The position numbers and the translations under genes are program-made. Source: Takakia lepidozioides (lineage: Eukaryota > Plantae > Bryophyta). Taken from it: 64,000 bases of DNA. Positions 25,955-38,986 of the stretch are shown here, piece after piece (within the stretch, counting starts at the first letter, position 1; every line of letters starts with the position of its first letter). The notes beneath the pieces were generated by a model. It was given only the letters and a program-made list of their open reading frames with translations. It searched no databases and had not been told where the DNA came from. The DNA is taken from NCBI GenBank assembly GCA_030704615.1, contig CM060734.1, positions 23,870,001 through 23,934,000 on the forward strand, read 5' to 3'.

Positions 25955-26280
25955 TCCATCAAGAAACCTTTGTTTAATCTTGGAAACTTCTCCAGCAAGA
26001 AACCTCCATAGGGGAAGCTTCTTAGGGAAGCTTCTTAGTAGCCAGTATATATAGGAGGCGAGACTGGACACTCTTCAGTCTCGCCAACACCAGTTCAAGC
26101 TACTCTTGTTTCCAATTCCCAGTACTCTAGCCCAGTTTCCAGTATCTGGTACTCCAGTCTAGTTTCCAGCATTCCAGTATTCAAGTCGTGTTCCAATATC
26201 TTGTACTTTTGTTCATTGTTATAAAGATCATCTTTGATTCCTATTTACTCATCGTGCATACGGCCACGCCGACCTTGACA
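25955..26280 (+). mobile_element. Partial solo LTR of the Ty3/Gypsy family at 34900-39601
   Basis: Near-identical reverse complement of about 39055-39365; ends CCTTGACA. Confidence 0.9.
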
Positions 26281-26581
26281 CCTGTTATTTATAGATTTAT
26301 ACCTCTTATGGTAGTGTCGCACATGAGAATGAGATATGGAACGTAAGTTGTCTAACTCCTACGGAATCAATACATCGTTTTTCTCATAACCTTATCAGAA
26401 ACGTTGGAACATTGGAACATACAAACAGTGACACAGTACAGTGCTGATTTTGTTGAAATGACATATGTGAGGTTTGAGCGTTTGCAGAACTTTATTTAAT
26501 CGGGGGACCGGTACTGCTGTTGGAGTGCAAGTTGCAACTGATGGTGCGAGTTCTCTATTGATTGCAGCTGTCACAACCAAT

Positions 26582-26940
26582 GTCAACAATCATATTTAAA
26601 AATAAGGTGTTTGATGCTATTGTTGTTCCTCTAGCTGAATTATGTAGAACTCTTTTTGCTATTCTCATGCCAACAACATCAGGTCCTCTGAGACCCAATG
26701 TTCAAACGAACGTATTAGCCCCCCCGGCCAGCCACGGCCCACCATAAATAGAATGAATTGGAGATTTGGTGCTCAGTTTCTGGTTTCATGTCCGTGGTGG
26801 CTGATACGGAATTCAGAATATGACAATCTCAGTGGACCTGATGTTGTTGGCATGGGAGTAGCAAAACGATTCCTAAATAAATCAGTTACATGAACATCGG
26901 CAGTATGAAACACCTTGCAGTACATATGATTCTTGAAGAT
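26582..26940. repeat. ~360-bp foldback with ~110-bp arms
   Basis: TTTTGCTATTCTCATGCCAACAACATCAGGTCCTCTGAGA vs TCTCAGTGGACCTGATGTTGTTGGCATGGGAGTAGCAAAA, with outer AAGGTGTTT/AAACACCTT. Confidence 0.85.
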
Positions 26941-27519
26941 TGTTTGAACGGATTATTTGTGTTTGTGCCCTCAAGTGACAAACATCTCTGCCATAGTGCG
27001 GAAGAGGTGCATTGGCCACATTAAACGGTTGATGTGCTACCGTTTCACAAATGTATCACATTGCATTTGTGAAAATATGTCACATGAACTGTGCGCCATG
27101 TTAGTTTTGTGTGGGCGCTTATTTTTATAGGTGGTTGACTCGGATTTGATCACCGATCCAATCCTAGAGTGTGCTGTCGGTGGTGAGGCTGGGGTGATGA
27201 CCAGTCAGACCATCATTGTTTCTCCTGTGGTGAGGTGAGAGGTGATGACCAACCAACCATAGAAGTGCATGCGGTGGATGCAGGTGCAAGTGCAGGCTCT
27301 GTTAGAAACCTAGTATTCCAAACCATAAGCCGCAACAGGTTCTCTACCCGGTTACCTTGTGGAAAGGGGGATTAGGGACATGTTCATGACCGGTTGAGTG
27401 TCAGTTTGTCAACACGGAGGTGTCACTAGTTGCTGGGGAAAGTGCCGGTACGAGCACTAGCGATACTAGTGGGTACACGAGACGAGGTGTGCGGTTTAGG
27501 CCACCTTCACCTCCTGTTT

Positions 27520-27670
27520 CTTCCAATGAAGGTTCTGATTCAGAATGCCCTCATCCAATTCCCCTCACTCCCGAAACCCCACTATATCTTTACCGATAGC
27601 CTTACCTCACTCTTTCTCATCCGTAACCACCTCTCCCGCCCTTCCTCGCACCACCACACCCCTGACTGGA
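27520..27670 (+). mobile_element. Retroelement RNase H fragment
   Basis: IQNAL..HYIFTDSLTSLFLIRNHL resembles the RNase H IFTDS motif of LINE-type elements. Confidence 0.55.
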
Positions 27671-27833
27671 ACCTCACTACCCCTAACTGTCATTACCGCC
27701 GGCACCAGAGGCGGCATCCACAACGCCAACATCTATGCTCTTCACGAAAACCTCAAAATCCCTTTCTCCCCCATACACAAATGCTTTAAAGCAATCCATC
27801 TGACGGCGATACGCTCTCTCACTGCTATTATCA

Positions 27834-30324
27834 GAGGGCAGCAAATGCGTGAGCAGAACCCGTGAGCAGATTCCTTTATGCGTGAGCAGATTCCCCGAAG
27901 CGTGAGCAGATTACTGATGCGGATCCTAAAACCAAGGGGACAAGTGGGCCTATTGCCGTGGACACGAACTCCATTGCAACGACGTAATCTCCGCTCCATC
28001 GGATTGAAGACAGACAGACTCCATGATGACAATGTGACACGAATGTGCGATGAAAAACTGATCTCTGAATGAATATGGGATGAATGAAAAAGGGAATGGA
28101 TGAACATTGGATAAGTGTGGGATGAAAAATTGGCCTGATGAATGAACCATGGATGACTGCAACAACATTTATCGTTACCGATCAGCATCTGCGCAGGGAT
28201 CCTATGTAGTTGAGTTTAAATAAGTGTATTTTAATTTGACAAAAGCTTAATTCCAGCCCAGAAGACCAGCCAAATTAAGCTATCGTCAACGCCACCTTAA
28301 TCTGGCACATTCGGGGGGGGAAAAAAAAAAAAACAAAACAAAAAACGGATTATTATTATTATTATTATTATTGGAAAATTTGCAAATGAACCCAACCCCT
28401 GCTTTGCAAGTTTGTAGATGCCATTCACCCCAAATAACACACCAGAAGACCATTCGGAATATATATATATATATTGGGTGGAAAACTTGCAAATGAACCC
28501 AACCCCTGCTTTGCAAGCCAAAGACCTGGCGTTTACCCAGCATGGATTTCTGGTCACCTGGAAGAAGGACATGACAACGAATTATAAGTTATGTAGTCCG
28601 AGCTATTTGTAGATGTCATTCACCCCAAGAAGATCAACGACACCTTAATCTAGCACATTCGGGAAAAAATAAATAAAAATAAAAAATGGTTTTTTTTTTT
28701 TTTTTTTTTGGTGGAAAATTTGCAAATGAACCCAACCCCTGCTTCTTTGCAAACAAAAGACCTGGCGTTTACCCAACATGCATTTCTGGTCACCTGGAAG
28801 AAGGACATGACAACGAATCATAAGTTATGTAGTCCGAGCTATTTGTAGATGCCATTCACCCCAAGAAGACCACCCAGATTAAGCTGTCGTCAACGACACC
28901 TTAATCTAGCACATTCAGGGGAAAAAAAAAAAAAAAAAAAAAAACGGATTTTTTTGTTTTGGGTAGAAAACTTGCAAATGAACCCAACCTTTGCTTTGCA
29001 AGCAAAAGACCTGACGTTTACCCAGCATGGATTTCTGGTCACCTGGAATAAGGACATGACAATGAATCATAAGTTATGTAGTCCGAGCTATTTATAGATG
29101 CCATTCACCTCAAATAGCACACCAGAAGACCACTCTGGCACATTCGGGAAAAAAAAAAAAAGGATTTTTATTTTTTTTGTTGGAAAACTTGCAAAGGAAC
29201 CCAACCCCTGTTTTGCAAGCAAAGACTTGGGTTAGTCCGAGCTATTTGTAGATGTCATACACCCCAAATAGTACACCAGAAGACCACCCAGATTATGTTG
29301 GCGTCAACGACGCCTTAATCTGGCACATTATTTTATTTTATTTTTTAAATTAAAAAAAAAAAACCCGTTCCATGCCTGCAAGTATGCAGGAAGACATTTT
29401 TTTGGGATGGAGCGGGAGGAGCAGCTTTACTCTCAAGTCATCGCACCACTGTCTGAGGGGTCATCGCATTTGTTCAGACTGAGAACATTGTGGTGGAGCA
29501 GGATCTGAAAGAGCCCGATGCTCTGGATATCGATTCCGATTTCTCATGTGAGTAAGTGAAGGTTTTGTTGTGGCACTTGACTGACACCACGGCGCATCCT
29601 ACTGTATTCATCTTTGGTGCACAAGTTTGGCCAGCATAATATATGGGAGTTTAAATTATTGGTATGTGTTTGCAGGAGTCCCAGGACGCCACGATTTCTG
29701 CCTTTCTTTGCCAACCCGGAATTTTTCCCAAGTCCAAGAGCGGATTTTGAATTGCCAGGTGATGTGGAGGCTGCAGTGTTCGAATTTAATCTCCTCTCAT
29801 CTCCCCCTCTTGTGCTTTACGACAGAGATGGTTTTGTGCAAAGCAGGGCTAGTGTCTTCATAGACAGTTGTGCCTTCGTTTTGGACACTGACTCCAGTAC
29901 CAATGGATATTCTTCGTCGGAATGAATTGACTGTTTTCAAACTTTTATTAAAGCACAAATGGCTCTCCACTTCTTTGCAATTGGGTGTGAGCATCTCTAT
30001 CGACTTAAGATACCTGGTAAAAGGACAACCACAACCCTCCTCAGTGGGCAGGGGTTCACTCTGGAGCTCGGGGGATTTGGAAACCACTACTAGAAAATTT
30101 TGATTTTCCATTCATCCACAACTACCATCATCCATGTGCCATTCGCCCAACAAATATTCATCCGCCATTCATCCATCATTCATTCAGAATGACATTGTCT
30201 GTATGCATGTTATACTGGCCATTATCCGCAGTAATAGGTCCTCTAAGCCGAACATGTGTCCGTGGTTATAGGTGAGCAGATCCTAAAGCGTGAGCAGAAT
30301 TCTGCTCATGGTTTAGCAATCCCC
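27834..30324. mobile_element. Non-autonomous MULE (possible Pack-MULE), ~2.5 kb
   Basis: 9-bp TSD CTATTATCA (27825-27833, 30325-30333); imperfect TIRs GAGGGCAGC..GTGAGCAGAA / TTCTGCTCATG..GCAATCCCC; GTGAGCAGA subterminal repeats; inverted GGATGAAT/ATTCATCC-rich blocks. Confidence 0.8.
28260..29335. repeat. Tandem array of ~240-bp units and shorter deleted units, inside the MULE
   Basis: Five copies of GAAAA.TTGCAAA.GAACCCAACC; three copies of TTTCTGGTCACCTGGAA.AAGGACATGACAA. Confidence 0.9.
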
Positions 30325-30513
30325 CTATTATCACTAACAAAAGGCAGCTTGAATCCAGTCTATCCGCTATCTCTTAGGTACCCCCGGGTACCTTTTCTCC
30401 TTTGGTTGTTGGGTGTCCCTCGGGCACCCTCTAGTTTTATAGGGCCCACCCCCGAAAGGGGGCAGTAGCCGTGAGGCGAAGTGGCTCTTAGTTACGCTGG
30501 TTCGGCCGGATCA

Positions 30514-30514
30514 T

Positions 30515-30576
<62 letters not shown>
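30514..30576. repeat. (CT)n microsatellite
   Basis: Direct reading. Confidence 0.95.
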
Positions 30577-30580
<4 letters not shown>

Positions 30581-30599
30581 GATTCCGACTCTGAATCAG

Positions 30600-33080
30600 G
30601 AGGGTTCACGCCGACGGTGCAAGTTATTCCCATGCCAGTGTTGTGGGACAAAAATGAGGAGATATATGGAGCTACAAGGGCCACGTAGGTACTCTAGGGC
30701 TGTCGGCACCATCGAGTTGGAGGATTTTAATCAAGAATTTGATAGTTGGTGTGACTTGTAGCAAATGCGCAATCCACAACTATTTACGCCTTTCATGGCA
30801 TGGAAGGGGCTGTTTCAACACCTGGGTCAGCCCATGGATGATTACCATGAGTTAGGCGGGGGCAGTGAGGTTGAGATCAAGGAGTGGAAGAGATATAACT
30901 AGCACCCGACTATGTCTCCTCACTAGAGGCACAAGGGCAGTAGCCACACGGCAGCTACACCGGCACTTCCATAAGCAGCAGTAGGACTAGTGGTACATGA
31001 GCTACGACGTCCACCCAAGCCACTGCCGCACCAACACTAGCACCAGTACATGTGCCTGCCTTAAACCCTGTTGTGGAGTTCTTCGAAGAGTTGAGAAGGA
31101 GCTACCAAGTTGTGAGGACAGAGAAGTTGCGGAGCTTACAAGAGTTCCAACGGAAGCCTACTGAGAGCTTGAGGGAGGCCTACACTGCATGAGGTGCTTA
31201 ATAAATGTAAACCCAAGGGGTTACGGAGAGGCTCAGGTGTCCAATCTGGTATGGGATATTGGACAGGTGCTGAGGAGAAGGTTGAGGATGCAACTCTCCC
31301 ACAAAGCGGCCCAACCCACATTAGCAAATGTGTTTTTTGTTGGCAGAGCGGATAGGTCAACATGGTGGAAAGAACGAGTGGTTATGGTGGGATTTGATAA
31401 GGAGACACCAGGGGGTTGGGTAGTGGGCTCCTAGCCAGCCACTTCCCCCAATGTGCTCAAGGCAACAAGGGGGCTCAGGGGAAGCCTAGGGAAGGACAGA
31501 GAGGATCTCAGATGTATGGATCCCTCCCTTCATTTGCAGGCCAGCAACAGGGGGGTGTGTGGTTAGACATGTGGAGGACCCCATATGAAGAAAGATTGCC
31601 CAGAGGGAGGCAAAGGGCCAGCACAGGCACAACCTGCACAGTTGCAGTGTGGGCATTGTGGCAAGTATGGGCATGGAGAGGCCCAGTGTTATGACTTGCA
31701 CCCTGAGTTGCGGCCAGGCCAGTTCCAAGGGAACAATGGTGGCTGGGGGCGAGGTGGAGCACCTCAGAGAGGACGAGGTGGTCCGAGGTGTAAGGCAAGG
31801 GCAAGCACAACATGGCCAAGGACGTGGAGGTTAGGGTCATGACCACGACATGGCGGATAGGCGTTGCCAAGGGAGCAATGGCTTGCTGCCATGGCCACCA
31901 CCCATGTTGCACCAGCTCCAAGGCTTGTGGTTCCATCTCTTGCTCCTCCTCAACAACGTCATCCTGAGGGAGGAGACATGGGAGACATGGGATTTATGTG
32001 CGGGGCAGCACTACCACTAGTGAGGGGTGTCACTATCACTACCAATATGTTTGGAGCACCACTACCACTAGTGAGGGGTGCCAGTACCACTACCATTAGT
32101 GTAGGGCAACACTACTATTACCACTATGTGCGGGTACCCACTACCACTAGTGCAAGTGGAGTCGGCTGCGGCAGTGACTCGAGGAGCAGCACGAGTTCCT
32201 GAGCCACGAGGTGCAGAGGTGGAGTTGCATCCATAATGTGGGGAGGCAAGTCATCAGGTTAGGCTTTCTCAGTCATTCACATTGGCGGAGACAGTGTCGA
32301 CGCGATCCATGGCACATTCCTGCCCGACTGATACCGAGGCGGAGGTTACTATGCCATTGGGGAGAGCTACACGGGCAACACCACTACCTGCTGCCAAGGC
32401 TAGTGCAGAAAGGGTTGTTGGGGGCGGCTACATCTGTATGTCAGGCCCTACTGTTCTCGGCAACCATGATTGCGACGCCGGGGGTAAGACCAACTGCAGT
32501 GTTTAGACTGACAACAATATTGTGTGAGAGTGGGAAGGTCACTTCATCTTCTGCGGAGGGGCGGAGGATCCTCGGATTTGAGAATCAAGACTGCCACGAC
32601 AACGCCATGGTAAGCTGCAGCTGCCAGGTTGACAGAGCTGCCAGCTAGGCCAGCCATTGAGCGCGCCATGGTGACACCTGGAGTTGTCTTGTTAGACAAC
32701 CAGGATGACATTTTCTGTTTGAGTGGACCGGCAAGCAAGAGGTATCGGCCACTGCAGTCTTGTTGGTTGGTGGGGCAGTGTTGTACCCCAGGGGTTTTAC
32801 CTTGGATTTTTGGGAGGAGTCAGCCTCCTATAGGCCTGGATGGCAGTCAGGGGATGGTCGTTGTGTGCAACTCCCTGTGACATTCATTGGGGATGTTGCG
32901 GCTGCCCAGCGAGGCAAGATGCCGACACTAGCAGCCTTCACAGGTGCAATGACTTGGCCTGGAAAGTTGTTGGAGGGCAACACTCATGCAGAGGATGTGC
33001 CACCTCCAGCAGAGCATGATGACATGGATGGTACGACGGATTGTCTGCCATGGTTGCTCACACTCCATTGTGGGGCATGA
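30600..33080 (+). mobile_element. Degenerate gag-like retroelement region; related fragments at about 42385-42458 (-) and 60530-60740 (-)
   Basis: LQEFQRKPTESLREAY (retrotransposon gag-like), zinc knuckle CGHCGKYGHGEAQC; many stops; DNA similarity between the three loci. Confidence 0.65.
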
Positions 33081-33229
33081 GCAAGGATTTGCAGCGGGTT
33101 GCTGATCGACGGGTGCAACAAGCCCTGGGTAGAGGCTTTTGTACCAGAAAGTTATTTTTATTTTTCAACAAATAGACCAGCTCCTGGGGGAAGGCAAAGC
33201 CCGCCTTCCCACCACCAGTCTCCGCTAAA

Positions 33230-34900
33230 TATCTTCATCATGACTAAATCCATAGGGTTTCACCATTTCCTATTTTCCTCAAAGGCGTTACCTCTCTTTG
33301 CAGTGGATCCACTAACTTACCGCTCTACCTCATTCATAAGACTCGCCTCTTCTCTACGCGTCTTTTAAGCTATCTCTTGCTAATCTTTTTAGCGATCTAT
33401 GGGCGAATATGTTTTGCGACTGCTTGGTACCTCCTCTCTCACCGGGCCTGCCGCATCCAGCCTCAAGATGCTCGTTCCACCCGTCAACTCAAAGCTCACT
33501 ACACCAGCAGCTTCAAAGGCCACCTGATGGTATATACGCTTATCCATGTTATGTTTACTTTCTCGATTCTTACTCTGGCATTTTCAAGTTCCCCTTTTTG
33601 GCATTGGAAGGTCTACCACCCACCTCCTCTCTATTAGCTATAGAATGGTTACTCTACAGTTATGTCTACAGCGGCGCTCCACTCTACTTTGGGCAGACGG
33701 ATTCTTCCCCACCCCCCATCCGGTGCACAAACCGAGCATTCCCGTACGGTGCACAACTTTCAAGCAATGGCGTCTCCGACCTGACGAATCTTATGTACTA
33801 CAGTATGCCCATGGGGAGGGCAGCTGCCTATCTTGTGGCATGAAGGCAAGCCTCATCATTTGGTCCCCAAAGTCCCAGCCAATCCGCCGGCTCCAGCAAC
33901 CAGCAACTCAATGTCTACTCCCCATCAGGAAGCATACTTATCCCTCACTCATAATTGATACCTCCTTTATTACAATCGTTTCCGCACTTCTTACTTTGCG
34001 TTCTCTTCAATTCATGCCCTACAGTGCCCACACATATCACCACTAAAAGACTCTACTCAGTACTCAAGTGCTCGATCCTATTTGCCTGACTCATCCTCAA
34101 AATCTGCCCAACACCTCAAATCCTTTGCTCAAAAACCCCCCCTATATAGGTCCCAGCCATCGTCCAAGACCTTCTGCCCTACCATAACCCACCCCACTCC
34201 CACTCCCACTCCAGATCCCCACACCACCTATTTCACACCCTACTGCTGCACACTGAACCTTCTCAGCCTGCCTAAGCTCTCGATACCAGCGTTGCTTCCC
34301 TATTGGCACCTTGTTACACATACAGCCTCTCTGCTCTTGCCCACCGACTCTGCAAACTGCACCCACGACCACAGTATTCTATTAAATAAATCCCTCAATT
34401 GCCACATTTCCTATACTCTCTCCCTTCCACAGTTGCACTGCCCCGCCCTGCTTGATTACACAGCCACTTTGGCACCTCCCCCATACCCTTTATACTACAC
34501 CTCTCCCTCAATTCGCCCCAATACCCAGTTCACCCCCCCCCCCCTCACTTTTCCACAACACCAGAACTCTGACATGCATCAGCCTCTACCCCTGGCCTTT
34601 TTGTACCCCACAGTTCATTACCTCCCAGACATGCCACCCCCCCTTACTCTTTACAATACCCAACATCATAAAACAACCTACCAATTCCAGCCTATCTCTC
34701 CTCTCCCTCTTCTGCCAACGTGCCTGATCCCTCCATCCCCCCTTGTCACTTGGCCCCACAACTCTGCCTCTGGCCTGCTCCTGCTCACCACACTTGGTTC
34801 CCCAATTTATATTCCGTTGGCTTTTTCTCCCAGTATGTGCCCTTTACTCTCTTCCCAATAATAGGCCTTACAATGCCTTCACTGTATGCCCCATGTGCTA
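33230..34900 (+). mobile_element. Probable highly decayed C-rich retroelement remnant
   Basis: Strong C/pyrimidine strand bias and broken ORFs; no diagnostic motif recognised. Confidence 0.3.
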
Positions 34901-35117
34901 ACTCCTCTCTCTCTTTTACATGATACGACTCCTTGTGAATCGTAGCAAGATGAGTAGCAAGGTTTTCTGCAGCAGGGCTTCTAGCAGTCTTCATGTGGAA
35001 AGGGTTTGCTCGAGGACGATGACCATAATTGGAGAGAAATGGAGTTTGCTTGGTCGAAGAATGTATAGTGTTGTTGTAGGCAAACTCAGCCAGTGACAGA
35101 AGGTCCGTCCAATTATC

Positions 35118-36602
35118 TTAGTGATAATTTATCGTACAACGAAGATACTGCTCCAAAATCTGGTTTACGCGTTCGGTTTGACCATCAATATGTGGATGAT
35201 TAGCTGTAGAGAGGTTGATCTTAGTATCCAATATGTGAAATAATCCCCTCCAGAAATTTGATATGAACTGTGGTCCTCGATCAGATACGTTGTCCTTCGG
35301 GAGTCCATGAATGCGGTAGATATTATTGAGGAAGAGTCTTGCAGTTTCCTCGTCGGTAACCGTCTTATTACATGGAATGAAATGTGCCATCTTCGTAAAA
35401 CGATCTACAATAACAAGGATTGAATCGGTTCTCTTGGAAATTGGAAGGTCCGTAATAAAATCCATAGACACGGACGACCATGGACCCTTGGGAATGGGTA
35501 ATGGTTGAAGAAGGCCGTAAGGTCGATGTCGTGGTCCCTTCGCTCTAGCACATGTGTTGCAAGATTTTATAAATTCTTTCACGAGTTTCCACATCTGCGG
35601 CCACCAATAGTCCCTGGATATCAATTCCATTGTTTTGTTGAAGCCGAAATGTCCTGCAGCCGGAAGATCATGACATGTTTGAAGAATTCGAAGTCGTGTA
35701 GGTCCTGGAGGTACAGAGAGAAGTCCATTGAAATAAAATAAGTCATCTTTGAATTCGAAGTTGTTTGTAACATGTGGGTTGTCTCGAGGTCGATTTAGTT
35801 GACTTCGTAGTGTCGTAGCAAATTGGTCACTCTTCAGTGCTTCCTGAATCTCCTTTATGATCTCTACATCGTCATAGGTGGACATGGATAGCATATTCAC
35901 TTGGAGATTTGCTGGTTTCAAGACGATGGATTTTTGTTGGTCAAAAGCTGCATCCCCTTCTTTTGGCGCAAGATACGATCGTCGAGAAAGAGCATTTGGT
36001 TTTCCTTGAAGATGTCCGGGACGGTAAGTATTAACAAAATCAAACCTTGTTAGTGACATACTCCATCTTGTTTGACATCGATTCAAAACACGAGCACTCA
36101 TAAAATACTCGAGGTTTTTGTGATCGGTATAGACTGTGACCTGATGTTTAGCTCCCTCCAATAGATGACGCCACTCCTCAAAAACATCGATAATTGCTAG
36201 AAGTTCTTTGTCATGGATTTCATAATTGATCTCCGCAGCGGAAAATTTGCGAGAACGAAAACCAACAGGGTGAAGTCGGCCATCTGTACCGTATTGAGAG
36301 AGTACCGTGCCAAGTGCAAAGTCCAATGTATCTGCTTCCAAAAAGAATGGTTTAGATGGGTCTGCATGTACCAGTATTGGAGCCGTTGTAAATGCCTGCT
36401 TCAGCCTTTCAAATGCTTGGTCAGCCTTCTCGACCCATACAAATTTGTCCTTCCCTGTGAGTCGTGTCAATGGTGCAGCAATTTTGGAGTAGTCATTGAT
36501 AAAGATTCTATAGAAATTTGCAAATCCTAGAAAACATTGTACATCTCGGACCGAAGTTGGTTTAATCCACTCGATGATGGTTTGTATTTTCTTCTGATCC
36601 AT
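35118..36602 (-). CDS. Open remnant of pol (RT connection, RNase H, integrase)
   Basis: 494-aa ORF with the motifs listed for the element. Confidence 0.9.
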   Translation of the reverse strand: MDQKKIQTIIEWIKPTSVRDVQCFLGFANFYRIFINDYSKIAAPLTRLTGKDKFVWVEKADQAFERLKQAFTTAPILVHADPSKPFFLEADTLDFALGTVLSQYGTDGRLHPVGFRSRKFSAAEINYEIHDKELLAIIDVFEEWRHLLEGAKHQVTVYTDHKNLEYFMSARVLNRCQTRWSMSLTRFDFVNTYRPGHLQGKPNALSRRSYLAPKEGDAAFDQQKSIVLKPANLQVNMLSMSTYDDVEIIKEIQEALKSDQFATTLRSQLNRPRDNPHVTNNFEFKDDLFYFNGLLSVPPGPTRLRILQTCHDLPAAGHFGFNKTMELISRDYWWPQMWKLVKEFIKSCNTCARAKGPRHRPYGLLQPLPIPKGPWSSVSMDFITDLPISKRTDSILVIVDRFTKMAHFIPCNKTVTDEETARLFLNNIYRIHGLPKDNVSDRGPQFISNFWRGLFHILDTKINLSTANHPHIDGQTERVNQILEQYLRCTINYH

Positions 36603-38969
36603 AAAGACTCATTTGTTGGAAATAATGTAGCCCAAAAATTCGACTTCAGATTGGTGGAAAAGACATTTTTCGAACTTGGCATATAGTCTTTTTTCCCTCA
36701 ATTTATCAAGGACAAGGCGTACATGACGACCATGTTCTTCTTCATTCTATGAAAATATCAAAATGTCGTCCAAATAGATGACTACAAAGTCATCTAAAAA
36801 TTCTCGAAAGATGTCATTCATCATGTGTTGAAAAATTGCTGGAGCATTTGTAAGACCGAAAGGCATAACACTGTATTCGAAATGTCTGTACCTTGTGCGA
36901 AAACAAGTCTTCCATTCGTCTCATTCTTTTATTCGTGGTTGTAAGCTCCTCTCAAGTCGATCTTTGTGAAAAAATTTGTTCGTCCAAGTTGTTCGAGGAG
37001 TCCGAAAATCAGCGGTAGTGGGTAACGATTTTTGATAGTGACTTTGTTGAGCCCACGATAGTCCACACACATGCGTAACGATCCGTTCTTCTTCTTCACA
37101 AATAAGATAGGTGCTCCCGCGAGTGATTTCGAATGTCGAATGAAATTCTTTGACAAATTTTCATCAATGTATTCGCGTAAAGCAGCCAGCTCCGTCTGAG
37201 ATAAATTGTAGATCGGGCCGAATGGTGGTTGAGCTCATTCTTGCAATTCAATTGCACAATCATAAGGTCGATAATCTGGCAACATGTCTGCATTTTTCTT
37301 CTCGAAGACATCTTTGAAATCTTGATATTGAGTGGGTAATGTCGAAGTACCGTGGTCTGTTGTGGTTTTGATCGGAGTCGCATAAAGTGCAAATGTCGCG
37401 TCTTTCTTCGTAGCTCTCATGAAGGCTCTAGCTCCAAGAAAAAGGGGTTGAATACCTTTGGTACTTTTGCATTTTTGTCTTGCCGAAATTTTTCGTGATC
37501 GCCAGTTGATGTCAGGATTATGAAGTACAAACCAGGGAAGTCCAAGGATCACAGGATTCGTAGGAGACTGGATGACATTGAAAACAATATGTGATGCTTG
37601 ATTTTTAAGCTTCACTTCAAGGGGTCGAGTTTCATGGTCAATATTTCCTGATGCTAACGGTCATCCATCGATGACTTCAATAGGGGCCAAGAATTTTTTT
37701 CTTACGAGCGTTAAATTGTATTGCTTCGCAAAGTCTTTGTCAATAAAACACGCTGAAGCGCCCGAGTCCAAAAGTGCTTCTACGGAGATATCTCGATTTT
37801 GCATCCTGATCTTTACTGGAACTGTGAAACAAGATACAGGGTCTGGAGGTAGAATTTTTAATTTTTTTTTGAGTAATTTGGGGTGTCCAGCCGCATGGTC
37901 CCTACTGTGACTGGACATCTTCGTTTTCTGACCTCCTCGTATCGAACACTTGAGTTGTGTCCCGAGCTTTGAATCTTCTCTTGTTGGGGCAGTTTAATGT
38001 TATGTGATCATCTTCTCCACAATAAAGGCATAATCCATTTAAGCGCCGTCTTTGTTTTTCTTGTGGCGTCAATGGCTTAAATCGGACAACATCAATCTGC
38101 ATAGGATCATTACCGGATATCTGATGGATCGTTGTGTTTGGTGCCGTGGTAGTAGCGGCATGGTGCGTCGTCGACCATCCAGATCGCTTCTCTTGACGTC
38201 TTTCAAACAAACGATTATCGCATGCAATGACTTGGGTGATGAATTCGCTCAGTGTACTCACGTTTGACATCGTCAGCAATAAATCTTTTACATCCTCTTT
38301 TAGGCCACATCGAAACTGACTAATGAGACTCTTCTAATTTCAGTCGAGGTCGTACGTAAGTTGTCGAAATTCGGCAGCATAAACGGAAGCTAGATGTGCT
38401 CCTTGTCGAAGATTTTGCATCTTTGTCTCTGCAACTCTCTCTCTATTATTCTCTCCAAACGTTGCAGTGAACTCGGACATGAATGCTTCAAAATTGTATA
38501 GTAAATGCGAAATTTTCTCTAATAGCGGTGCAAACCAAGATAGGGCAGTGCCTGATAGAAGGGTGCCCACGAATCCCACTTGAATACCTTCATCAGGGTA
38601 GCGTTGTGGATGTAGTCGTAGGAACAATCGTACTTGTTGAACAAAACCGCGAAATTTTGATCTCGTCCCATCAAATTTTTCGGGCATGCTGACCTTTGGT
38701 TCCCTTGTAATCTGTTGAAGATTTGGAGGAACCGTGGCAGTAGGATTTGTTGTAGTAGAGACTCGTAAGGTTGAAGATCCATTGTTCGACTCCTTCAACT
38801 CTGAAATTTGTTGTTACAAATTGTTGAGAGCGTTGCTAAGATCTTGAGACTGATCAGCTTGTAGTTAGGCAGTAGAGGCACGAAGTTCTTGCATCTGGAG
38901 CTGAAGACTCTACAATGTGGCGACCATTTCCGCAAATGTACCTTCCATCTTAACTAACTAAGGAACAAA

Positions 38970-38984
38970 CTTCAGTCTCGCCAA
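38970..38984 (-). promoter_or_regulatory. Self-priming primer-binding site (TTGGCGAGACTGAAG)
   Basis: 2 nt from the LTR end; exact 15-nt complement of the LTR segment at 39260-39246, which lies just downstream of the TATA box. Confidence 0.85.
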
Positions 38985-38986
38985 AC

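Noticed and set aside
34082-34861. 259-aa Pro/Leu/Thr-rich protein
   Set aside because: Explained by C-rich compositional bias; no domain recognised.
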